A stretch of 64,000 bases of DNA from Camelus dromedarius. Lineage: Eukaryota. Position 1 is the stretch's first letter, and each line of letters begins with the position of its first letter. The DNA lies in assembly GCF_036321535.1 (NCBI RefSeq), contig NC_087436.1:13702001-13766000 (forward strand). The letters run 5' to 3'. This document shows, piece by piece, positions 26,071-37,620 of this stretch. The position numbers and the translations under genes were made by a program. The notes beneath the pieces were generated by a model. The model did no database searches, was not told the origin of the DNA, and was given only the letters and a program-made list of their open reading frames with translations.

Positions 26071-28010
26071 GCCACATCTGAGGGAAAAATGGTACCTGAA
26101 AAAAAGGCTGCTCAAAGGCATCACTTAAAATCCATAAGAGTAAGAGGGAAAAAAAAAAAAAAGAGAGAGAGAGAGACAGGGAGAGCGAGACTTATCTGGG
26201 ACTTGACATCTTAAAAAAATCAGTAAGTGTTCTGCATTTAATAAATTTCGTTATAATCCCAACCATGCCCTAAATCTCACTAGGCACAAAAAAAAAAAAA
26301 ATAAGTCAAAAGTTGAGTTTTTAGCATAATTCTTAACAAATATTAGCATGATATAACACAGAGGTAATTTTGGCTAAAATCCTTAAGGGCCATATTCATT
26401 TTCACAAGGGCACGTCTTAATGTGCTGACATTTAAACCACCCAGCAATCAAATATATCATCTGTGTCCCCTTTCCTCTTCTCCAAGTGCCAACACAAAGA
26501 CACTGGCTACCAACCAGATGGGAGATGCATCCATTAATACAGCAGCTAGAATGAAGCAGGAAGGCATGTTTGAATGGAGCCCAAGTTCACAAGTGTTACA
26601 TTTCTTATTAAATATTTCTCTGTCGTGGCAGCTTCTGCACTGCTCTGAAACCTCCGTGCTGGAACTCAGAGAACCAACAAGAAAACAAGGATCCCTGTCC
26701 TGTTCGCCCAAGATCTAATCAGTTCACCAAGTGTGAAAACCAAACTGAACTCTTTCTGCCCTTTTCCGATCTTCAGTTTACTCATTTGATAAATATATTT
26801 TGGTTAGTATATCTTTTCAAAACTATCAACTCAAAACTGATAGAGAAGTCCTATCCTACCCAGACGAGATCCAGAAACAACAGAAATAAGCTTTCTGTAG
26901 TCAGATCTCACAGTTTCCTCCACTAAGGGCACAAACGTGCTCAGGTGAAGGCAGCAAGGCAGACATACACCAGCTCCCCGCCCCCGCCCCCGCCCCACCG
27001 TGCACTCCAGTGACATAAAGGATCTGTAAACTCAAACAGCTTGCTGGCAATAGCAGGCGACCATGTGTATCCTGCCTTTCTCCAGGGCTCCATCTACTTC
27101 TCCGGGCATTCCCAATCTCTCTAAACTCCTTGATAACTAAAACCAACAGATAAAAATGAAAATTAGCAAAAGATAAAGGCATACCTGAGGAGGACAAACT
27201 GGTGAGTTAAAACCCAACCACCGTCTACTGATAACACAAACGGGCCTGCGTATCTCAAATGGAAGAGCGCAGGAGGAAGGCAGAAGGCAGGGAGATGACA
27301 GGAATGTTATCAACAAAGGCTCAGACAGAATGGGCCTGGAAAAGTTAAGTCATCTTAGGGAAAAAAAAAAAAAAGGGTGTGCATTTTTGGACACCATAAT
27401 AAAATTTGGCAACTATCCTTTTTTTGTTCAAATATTGCTGAGAGGCTTAAAAATATCCAAGTGTATCATCCTTCCAGCTATTTTAATGAAGGAAAAAAAG
27501 TAAATGACCCTGTCTTCCTCCCCATCCCCGCCCCCGCGACAGGCCTTCACATTTCTGTCCGCATAATCCGAAAGCAGATTTGGAAAAACTATGTACCCTA
27601 TGCATTTTTAAGTTAACATGCAAAAATCTCACACTGTAATTTTAAATGGTTGCAAAGACTATGATTTCTGGCATATTGTGAACAATGATTTTTAAATAAA
27701 ATTATTTATTATATCGCTTTTAAATATATCTATTCTAGTTTAAGTTCCATCACCATTTCCCACACACCAACATCCATTTTAAAAAAATACATGAATAAAC
27801 TCCTTAAGAGTTGGAAATTGTACATCATTTCCCTTTCTTCTTGACCTCATCTTTCCATTCCACTCTCCGCACAGGATCCCATCCTAACAGCCTCCTATGC
27901 TTGCAAGTCCATCATACCTCAAAAATCTGTAAGCAAATTGAGATTTATGGATTTAACCATTAAAATCAGTGTTAAAAGTTTCTTCTAAATTGAATTAAAT
28001 ACAATTAGTT

Positions 28011-28108
28011 GGGGGGGAGGGTATAGCTCAGTGGTAGAACACATGCTTAGCTTGCATGAGGTCCTAGGTTCAGTTCCCAGTGCCTCCATTAAAAATAACA
28101 ATAATAAT
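28011..28108 (+). mobile_element. vic-1-like SINE
   Basis: ggggagggtatagctcagtggtagaacacatgcttagcttgcatgaggtcctaggttcagttccc; degenerate TSD aaatacaattagt/aaatataatagt. Confidence 0.9.
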
Positions 28109-28380
28109 AAATATAATAGTATCATAAAAACAAAACTGACCAAAGAAATATTATAAAGTATTCTAAGTAAAATTTTACTGGAAACGTATATCTTAATGAC
28201 ATGGACGGTACTTTCCCTCCCATTAGTCATTCCTTGTTGAAGATTATTACTTATTACTGGAATAAGACAAGATTCCACATGAAAGCTATTATTATGTTTA
28301 GTTCTTATAGATGTAGGCACTGAGAAAATGTGCTCACATAAACAGGTGGATGGAAATAGAAAAAGATTTTTCTAGCAAAG

Positions 28381-28496
28381 ACTAATAATATTTAATCACT
28401 ATTTAATATAATAAATATTCATTATTTAATAACTAATTTAATTTAATATAAAATATTAATTATTTAATAAATAATTTAAAAATAATATTTTATAAT
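28381..28496. repeat. AT-rich low-complexity tract
   Basis: About 115 bp almost entirely A/T. Confidence 0.85.
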
Positions 28497-28997
28497 CTCT
28501 CAGTTGACCACTCAACGAAGTCTTCTTTCAATTTTACTGCAAGTAAAGAATGGGAAATTTATTTGCAAAGGACCGTTTACCTAGTCCTTTGAGTCATTCC
28601 CTCTCTCAGCAGCCACACCAGTTTTTTAATTATCCCTTTTCTTGGCACCCTTATGACCAGGGGTAGATGAGAGGTGTGCCTTCCCTGTAAAGAGTGGTAA
28701 TTCTACAAGGAGAGTCAGCAGGCCACCTGGGCCACAGGCATTTCCTTGGGCAGGTCAATATTCGGACTGGTAACACCCAAGATCTAAGAATCTGAAATTG
28801 ATTCCCTTTGTATTATAGGTCCCTCAGAAAGGCTTCAAAGTTGCCCCAGGTATGCATCCTCTTGGATCTGAAGGCTCTAAGACTCCTGCGTGGATAGACC
28901 TTAAATTCAAAACCAGACAGGGATGATAGGGAAAAACAGGACAAAGACTGAAAAAAAAAAAAACTATCCAAAATCTGATTCAACTGTGGGCTGTCTT

Positions 28998-29560
28998 CAA
29001 GACATGGAAGCAACCTAAATGTCCATCAACAGATGACTGGATAAAGAAGCTGTGGTATATTTATACAATGGAATACTACTCAGCCATAAAAAATAAAATA
29101 ATGCCATTTGCAGCAACATGGATGGACCTGGAGATTGTCATTCTAAGTGAAGTAAGCCAGAAAGAGAAAGAAAAATACCATATGATACCACTCATATGTG
29201 GAATCTAAAAAAAAAAAAAAAAAGAAGAAAAACGAGGACACTAACGAACTCATCTACAAAACAAAAAGACTCGCAGACATTGTAAACAATCTTACGGTTA
29301 CCAGGGGAAAGGGGGGGGGGGTAGGGATAAATTTGGGAGTTTGAGATTTGCAAATGTTAATCACTTTATATAAAAATAAATAAAAAATCTCTTCTGTATA
29401 GCACAGGGAACTGTATTCAGTATCTTGTAATAACCTTTAATGCACAGGAATATGAAAATGAAGATATGTATAATTATACATGACTGGGACATTATGTGGT
29501 ACATCAGAAACTGACACATTATAACTGACTATACTTCAATAAAAGAGTTTAACTTAAAAG
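28998..29560 (+). mobile_element. 5'-truncated camelid-type L1
   Basis: caagacatggaagcaacctaaatgtcc ... tatacttcaataaaa; direct repeat tgggctgtct at 28987 and 29567. Confidence 0.92.
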
Positions 29561-29799
29561 AATATTTGGGCTGTCTCATACACATATTCTTTGACAAATG
29601 AGAGTCAGGTATCAAAATTATAATATAGGGATGAGTGTTTCATACCCGTTCACATCATCAGACGTGCTTTCATCTGAAAATGAAAATTTAGCCTTCTACA
29701 AAATGAACATTGTCATCCTCTTCCTGACAGATCATATTCCAGGGAGCAAGATCAAAACCAGGGCACCATGAAAGCAGCCGCTGGGCTATTACAAAAGCA

Positions 29800-29942
29800 A
29801 TCCTGATGCAGCAGTGTCAACTTTGGCTGCCCATATTCTGATTCAATTACTTTAGGGTGCGGCCAGTAGCACCAGTTTTTTGTTGTTATTTTTTTTAACT
29901 CCCCAGGAGATTCTAAAGTGTGGCCAGGGTTGAGAATCACTA
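29800..29942. mobile_element. MER5-type hAT MITE
   Basis: ttaactccccaggagattctaaagtgtggccagggttgagaatcact. Confidence 0.7.
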
Positions 29943-30879
29943 AACTAATTAATACGTAAATATTAAATTCATTGTTAATTGTGGAAGGGTGATGTATATT
30001 CCTGACTTGTAGATTAGCCCAAGGTTAAACTATTTTCATTTTTAAGATATATTATTAATAATTTAAAAAGCATTATAGTGACAAGAGTTCTACACAGATA
30101 AAAACGTACCATCTTTTTTTGTTTAAGGCAAACACTAAATCACATCCCTCAATTCAAGGAAATCTATGAGATACATCTTTAATCAATGTATACCAGGAGT
30201 TTATTTAGTGAATGACATTACTGACAATACAGAGGTGAGAAGAAAGCACTAAATGAGAAAACATTTACAGAATCTAGCACATCATTTGCTACACAGCCAA
30301 AACTCAGAATAACTGTGCTCAAGTTCTGAACTTAGGATTCAAATGTAACAGCTACCTAATTTTCTAACTTTATGCCGCCTTCCCTCATTTGACTGCTTGT
30401 GACTTCTCAGATTAAAAACAATAACATGTTCAAACAGGTATAATGCACATAGCAAAATATGATATATGGACACCCCAATTTTTCTGATCCTCCTGGCTCA
30501 AACCTCAGAACTATCTTTTTGAAAATCATGAAAATGTTATAAGCTTATATAAGAAACCCAACACACGGGAGGGTAAAAATTGAGAAGTATGTCTGTCTCC
30601 CTATCATCCACATATACCCAAACATTCCTGTCACACCAAAATCCATCCCCCAGAGGAAACACTGAATGCTGCCTGACTTTTCTCCCTTCATTTCCTTATT
30701 CTAACCATCACGAAATGCAACGCATTCCTTCTTCCATACTCTCCTTGAACCCACCCTTATGCTCGTCCACTAAGTCCTTCCTAGTTCAAGCCTTCACTGG
30801 TTCCCACCTGGACTACACTCAGTGTCTTTTATAATCTCCCCGCCCCCAGGCTATCTCCCCCACAATCCATTCTATGCCT

Positions 30880-31360
30880 GTGTCAGGTTCTTAGTTGCCT
30901 GTGACAGAATCCATTCTACAAGTTTTCCAGGCATTTATTGCAACCGGGAACTCAATTATGACCCAGTCCTAGGATTTAGGCGAAATCACATTACAGAAGT
31001 CATCTCACAAAGGAGCGGCTGGCTACCAGCCGGAACCGCCCAGCTCTCCTGTGATCAGAAAGCTGCCTCGGAAGTCACCCCACCCTCAGAATGGGTATTT
31101 CCAGCCTGGCCTGTTTTTTCACATTTCACTTCCAAATGCAAGTCTTGCTCGGGGATCACACTCAAACTGGCAGATCTGAAGTCATATGTCTGCCCCCAAA
31201 CAGCCAGAGAGGCTGCTAATAAAAGTGTGAGAGGTCCGTATGTTTGGGGGTTTTGTTGTGTATTCTCTGTGGAAAGTCGGGATTCACAAGAGAGAGAGCT
31301 CTCCAAATGCGGAGAGGAGGTTCAGAAGATTCTGGGAACTCACCAAAGAACAGAGGTCTA
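30880..31360 (-). mobile_element. Old MaLR-like LTR
   Basis: tgtgtcaggttcttagttgcctgtgacagaa resembles a reversed MLT1 end. Confidence 0.45.
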
Positions 31361-31379
31361 CCGCAATGGTCTAAATTAT

Positions 31380-31806
31380 CACGTTGACCACAGGCCTCTC
31401 CAAAAGGAAAGGTATGGTGGGCACTGAGTCAAGCTAGTGGTGATGCAGAGAGCGGTGGGCAGACAGCCTCCAGCGGCCAGCTCCTGCAGGGTCTTCCTCG
31501 GCCACGCACTCAAAAACATGTCCTTCAAAGGGCAGTCCACCCCCAGGGGTGGATGAAGACAGGGTGCAAGAGCCCAACCATTCCAGCCCAAGACTGGACA
31601 GCTCTGATGGGCCTTAAGCACTCCAAAGCTCCCTGCAAAGCTCCCTGGGGTGCTGGCCAAGGCTCTGCAGACCTGGACACAGCTGACCTCTCCCTCTGCC
31701 CCATCTTGCTTCTGCCCCCTCCCTTCCACAGGCATTAATCCTTCAGAAATATCCCAACACCAAACTCTGTCTCAGCATCAGCTTCTAAGGAACCCACACT
31801 GAGACA
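31380..31806 (+). mobile_element. ERVL LTR (LTR16-like)
   Basis: LTR16-like body ending ctcagcatcagcttctaaggaacccacactgagaca. Confidence 0.65.
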
Positions 31807-31829
31807 GAAAACCACCTCCAAGAGCTTCC

Positions 31830-32470
31830 CACTAAGATTACAGGGACGGTTTCTTCTCTCCCATCCTGGTCTCTCCCCCCACGTTAGTCTTAGATCTGCA
31901 AACAAAATATGCAATGCTTGCCATCGGTCACCTTGTTGAAGTTCCCCCAGTCACTTCTTGGCTAACTGAAGTGCATTCTCTCACAAATTCCTCAACAAGG
32001 GCTCAAAGGTGCAGAATTCCCTGAGGTTGTGTATCTTTAAAACTGAACTATTTTCTAACTTTGACACTTGAAGCATCATGTATCCATGGTTGTCACTTTA
32101 ACATCTTCTGCTAATCCTGTTCCACTGTGGCCTTGCTTTGTATGTTATTTTGAGAAGTGTGATGATCATCAAACCCTTGTTTCCCTCATGTTACTCCATC
32201 TTTTCACAAGGAGTCCTTGAGAATTTTTTTTTTCCTTTTCTTCGAAGTCTAATGCTTTTTTGACAATATATCTCCACATAGGTCTTTTTGGGTTAATTTC
32301 CCAGATACTTGATGGGCTCTTCCAATTTAAAAATTCAAGATAGATTCAAGTCTCCTTTTTATCTTCAGAAAGTTTTTTGGACTTTAAATACCAGTACAAC
32401 CGCACAGTTTTGTCTTTCTCCTTTGTTGCCCAATTATACATAAGTTGTTTCTTTGCAACCATCTTCTTCT
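31830..32470 (-). mobile_element. Very old L1 (L1ME-like) fragment
   Basis: T-rich degenerate text (ttttgagaagtgtgatg, gatgggctcttccaattt, tcagaaagtttt) typical of a reversed old L1. Confidence 0.4.
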
Positions 32471-34537
32471 TCACTATCTCTCTCATCCTTTTTTTTTCTT
32501 CCGTGCTCGAGCACTTTTTGGGGGGAGTGAGACAGAGAAGGAGCACATCCAGTCTCCCTTGTGACCAGCTCAGAGATCAAAGAAGAGTTCAGGAATTTAG
32601 GAGGCAGATTCACCTTCATAACAGATCAAACTGAACAGAACTCAGAGGACAGACAAGAAAGGTGGGGGTGAGGTGCTTCCCTCCTGGATGGCTGAGTGTT
32701 GAAGTATAATTGCTAGAGAACTAGAACCATTTAAGAGTCAAAATTCAGCTGATCCGTATGATTTAGAGTGTTCCCTTAGCGGAAGACAGGGCTTTCTGCC
32801 TCGAGTGTCCATATTCACCTTGGAGTGCAATACTTGGCTGACTTAATTCAACTGTGTCACACATCAAATGTTACAGAAAGAAAGAACAGGGCTAGCTTGT
32901 GATCCTTTTTAATTCATGAGAAAGTTTAATTGCTCACACAAGAATTCAAGCTATCAAAATCTGGTACCTATCCACGAGATCTGTTTGCCACACCAAAAAA
33001 AAAAAGCCCTCTGCTTTGGTTAGCAGTGCCCTGGCAGAACCCTGTGTCTGCCCAATTCACTTCCAATTTGAAGTCCCTCATTCCTCTCAAGTCCTCTCTC
33101 GCTTACTTCATGAGTCTCTCTCCTACCATTCTGTCCCCAGACTAACTCCATTTTCCTGAATCCTTATTATTTTATTGCCCATCTCCTTTTAGTGGCAGAA
33201 GACATTCTGGCCAGGCAATAAAATTACAGCACTGTCTCACACCACTGATGTGCCGTGGGCTTACAACTCAAGTCCCGAACAGAATGAGAACTTGAATGCT
33301 GAGACTATGACTTAATGCTCTTCCTTTTCCTCTGCAGGACATAGTGTGCTTTCAAATTCTCATTCAAGGGACACACAAATATATTAAAAAGTGAATTTAC
33401 AGCTTTGGAGTTCATTACAGGCAGGTATTACACTGCAACTATTTATGGTCAAAAATACACGTAAGCTGCTTTGACCCTCCCACCAAGGTCCCCTGACACT
33501 TGCTCTCCACTCCTACAGTGTGCACCTAGCCAACCCTAACCTATCCTCCCATGGGACCCCACCCCAGAACCCAAACGTCTGTCACTGCTCAGCAAGGCTG
33601 CTCACTCTGGAAAAACAAGCTGAGATTCCAGTGAACACATCCACCCCCAGAAAGGCATGCTGTCAGTGGTAAAAGCAATGAAGAGGCACAAAGTCAAGGA
33701 TTCCGTGTTTCATATGCCCTAAATGTCATTCATTTGTACAAAAAGCCTTTTGGTAGAAGACAATCTGATAACCTAGTTAAAGGAATCATAATATTTTGCT
33801 AGTTCAATGGGATGATGAAAAAAAAATGACTTATAAGAAAATTTATATTACAACTCTTTGGATAAAACACAAAGAATCAACACATTTAGATTTAATTATG
33901 TTTTAAAAGCAAAGACTTCTATATATATATATATTGAAAACAACATTTAATGAAAAGCAGTGAGTTTTCTGTTTTTCTTCATTAATTTAAAGACTTGCTT
34001 CTAGTCTCAGCTGGGACTCTTTCATAACATAACCTTACACTTCATGACTCCCCAATCATTTTCAAATCACTTTCATAACCAAACCACATCATATTAAATT
34101 CTTGCAATGAGGCTGGCAAGGTGGACATTAGCCTTATTTTGCTCCTGGTGAAATAAACTCAGAAGTCAAGTGCCCAAATCACATCACTGGCAACCTACAG
34201 GACCCAGATGCCCTGACTCCTTGTCCTGGCTCTGGCCACAAAACTGAATTCAGGCATTAATTTAATATACACCTAACATTTTTTCTTAACTATTTAATTG
34301 TCTGGTTTAACCAACATCTATCTTAAAAGATCTTTCAAAGCTATATTCTAGTACTTGCTTTAAACAGAATTTAGCATAAATAATGCCTGAATTTGAAAAT
34401 GACAGTGACTCAGAGAAAGAATCCACTCATTCTGCTGTATTTTAAATAGTTGTTCATTTGTGCCACTTAACGTACTCTATTCTAGCCTATCTAACATGGT
34501 TAATCCTGTCCTAGTTTATGTTTGAAAAGCTATGTTA

Positions 34538-34596
34538 ACAACATTGTAAATTGAGTATAACTCAATAAAATTTTTTAAAATTTAAAAAATTTTTAG
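34538..34596 (+). mobile_element. Tiny young L1 tail
   Basis: acaacattgtaaattgagtataactcaataaaa; TSD aaagctatgtta at 34526-34537 and 34597-34608. Confidence 0.8.
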
Positions 34597-35581
34597 AAAG
34601 CTATGTTATGCTCCAAGGGCAAGAAGGAATAATAACCAAATCCCTGAAATGTGAAAATTCCCTTGCATTCTAAAAATGAATCAGGAAAAAAATGAATTGA
34701 ACAAGAAAGTTACAGCAATGGAAAACATCACATGAACACTTGCTAAGTGTTAAGGGTTCCTGAGAAATTCCCTAAGTGAGAAAGTACACTCCAAGGGATG
34801 TGTGAGAAACTGAAATTGAGTCTGTGTTTGCCTTAATGTACAGTTTACATAGTTTAAGATTAACCTTTAGGCATCTCTGAGTTTTTCCAACTAAAAATAA
34901 ATCTAAAGTATTTGGGTCAATGGAAATAAACACAGGAAGACGAAAAAAGAGGTCATCCTGCAAGATGAGCCTTTGTAGTAACTGGCTTTCGAGAAATTTC
35001 CTCTCTAGGAACAGGGTCAGGGACCCCACGGTTATCTTCCTAACAGACGAGAATAATGTGAAAATTCTAAGATGCAGATTTCCCAGGAGTGACGATATCG
35101 AGTCACAGCACTTCCCAGGGCAGACAGATCAAGTAACAAGTTATAAACACCAAATGCTGTAAGCATCTTCTAATAGTCAAAGCAATCTGCACAAATTGTC
35201 TCCATACCGAAAGGATAATGAGTGACTCACACCAGCCTCGCAAGACAGTCTCAGTAATTTCCAACTTTCTCCTTATCAGCAGATCTTTTCGAAAGTAATG
35301 TTAAACCGAACTTTTGCAGTGGCACTCATTTAAATGAATTTCCACCATGTTAATAGCTTCTGTGGTTTAATGCCTAGTTGAACACATCATAATCTGTTAA
35401 GTCAACCAACGTATATGTTAATGTCAATGGACCTTTGTGTTAACTCCCAAAGGATTGAAACAAATCTTGTATTCCAAAAGTTTGGGATCTAATGTAATGA
35501 TAAGTAAAAGCTTAATGTGACAAAGAGAATGCTTGCTACTAACCACAATAGCTTTTTCCCTTCTTCCTCAAAAGCAACTCC

Positions 35582-35783
35582 TTTTCTTTTTTTTTCTTTT
35601 TTTTTTTTTTGTAGTTGATTTACAATGTTGTATTAGTTTCTGGCATACAGCACAGTGATTCAGTTATACATATATACATTCTTTTTCATATTTTTTTCAT
35701 TACAGGTTACTATAAGTCATTGATTCTGGTTCCCTGTGCTATACAGTAGCACCCTGTTTATTCTCCACGTAGTGGTTTGTATT
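35582..35783 (-). mobile_element. L1 3' tail inserted in a MaLR LTR
   Basis: Poly-T followed by gtagttgatttacaatgttg...ccctgtgctatacagtag; flanking aaaagcaa(c/t)tc repeat. Confidence 0.85.
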
Positions 35784-36194
35784 AAAAGCAATTCTTAACT
35801 AGGCACATGGCTGCAGAACAGACTTCTTTCCCTGCTTGTCCTGCAACTGAGATGCAGTCATGTGGCTAAGCTCTGGAAATGAGATGTATATTGAAATTTG
35901 GGGGCTCCCTCCAGGAAGTGACCTTAAAGTGGGGCAGGGTGGCCAAATGCTACTGCAGCTCCTCCCTCCTCCCTAGAGCAGATATGAACCCGACCTTGCA
36001 GGGTGAGCATCAATTCAGACTAGGAGACAAAGGGGCCACAATCTTGGGAATCATGAAGTCATCACATCAGGCCTGGCCTGCCCACGGCTCTCTCAGATAA
36101 GCAATCTAAAGATATCTCATTTACCCCACTTCCATCCTGTTTATGCCACTGGGTTGTCTGTCTCGCGAAGCAGATCCTGATCCTAGCTGACACA
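35784..36194 (+). mobile_element. MaLR LTR (MLT1J-like)
   Basis: ctaggcacatggctgc ... gtcatgtggctaagctctgg ... tcctagctgacaca. Confidence 0.6.
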
Positions 36195-36229
36195 CTTCTT
36201 CCCTGGCACAGCAGTCATGGTGACAGGAA

Positions 36230-36360
36230 GGGAAGCAGTAACACCTGCACACTCACCTGACAGTGCTTACCATGTGCCAGGAAGTCCACTGGATGCTCTG
36301 CATGCATTATCTAATACCTACAACAACCTCGTGGGGTGGGCATTCTAGTCCCATGTCCTC
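36230..36360 (-). mobile_element. MIR fragment
   Basis: gtgcttaccatgtgccagg ... catgcattatctaatacctacaacaacc. Confidence 0.6.
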
Positions 36361-36756
36361 ATTAGGCACACAACGGGGTCGACCAGAAGTCCCCCCATGG
36401 CATTGTCCTTAGCGACCTAGTCCCCACCGAGCCCCACTCACCTCCCAAGAAAAACCATCTCTTTATCCTTGCGGTTCTGGAAGTCCACAACACGCATGGT
36501 GGGCCATTTTCATCATCATGTTGTTGGCCTTCTCTGTTTCCTTCATCAGTTACCATCTTCAACCATTTTCAATCTTCCAGAATTTTTTCTGAAATTCTTA
36601 TCAACTGATAACTCCTTTCCCAGACACACGTTTACTATGGGCTTTCTCTACCTTTTAAATTTATCTCCCATCATATTAATGAGGTTTTGGGAGAGAGAGG
36701 AGATTAAGTCACGTGGTCATTCAGGACTCAATTTTCACAATTAGGAGAAAAAGTGC

Positions 36757-36759
<3 letters not shown>

Positions 36760-36794
<35 letters not shown>

Positions 36795-36816
36795 ACGCGC
36801 ACATGCGCATGTGTAT
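36760..36816. repeat. (TG)n microsatellite extended by alternating purine-pyrimidine sequence
   Basis: About 17 TG units, then gcacgcgcacatgcgcatgtgtat. Confidence 0.95.
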
Positions 36817-37249
36817 TTTTCTCTGGTCTCAACAGGCCAATATAGGTCCAAATCAACAAGATGAAAAAGATGAAACCTTAACAAGACCAAATATAAGTAC
36901 TTAAAGTTTGTTTTTTCTGAAAGAAGACAATTAACTACCTGAGTGTATATAGAGAAAGAGAATTGGTAAAAAGAAGAAAAAGGATAAGAGAAAAAGAAAG
37001 GCTTAAGGGGTTTGGGGTTTTCTGTTTGTTTGTTTTTGCATTTGTCCTTATTTTCATTTGGCCATAAAATCCACATGGTCAAAGTAGGAAGAAACTGTGC
37101 GGAAGTGCTAACGAAATCTTAGGCTTTGTTAAAATAAGAAGAGTCCACACAAAAAAAGAAATGCATTCACTACACATGGCACCATTCGGATCTCAACTGA
37201 TTCCCTTCGTCCAGTACTGGCTGAGCTCAAACTAAAAACAAAAGTTCTG

Positions 37250-37620
37250 ACCAAGTCAACATGAGAACTGAAAAAAATGAGGAATAATTTAGCTTGGCGA
37301 TGTTCAAAAAATAATTAGGTAAAATCAACCAACAGCTGAGGTCTGATGACCGTCTCCAAGCCTGTGAAGACCTGTCTGCCCCCCGGCAGAGAGTGGCCTC
37401 ATTCTGCGCTGCTGCAGAAGGCAGCCGGGGTCACCTGGGAAAGCCAAGACAGCAGGTGTGAAATCCCATCAGGGACATCTTAACCATGAGAGGGGTCCAA
37501 CGATGTGAAGTCAGCTTCTGAGGACGTGAACTTCCATCACCAATGTGTCCAAGCTGAGGCTGAAAAACCAATCAAGTGTAGAGGATGCCGTAAAGGGATT
37601 TATTTCTTCATCGGCAGAGA
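37250..37620 (+). mobile_element. CR1/L3 3' fragment
   Basis: Degenerate motifs ctgcagaaggcag ... gtgaacttccatcacc ... caagctgaggctg. Confidence 0.45.

Noticed and set aside
30822..31427. Longest ORF in the track (201 aa)
   Set aside because: Runs through degenerate LTR sequence, has no recognisable domain or splice context, and is antisense to the host gene.
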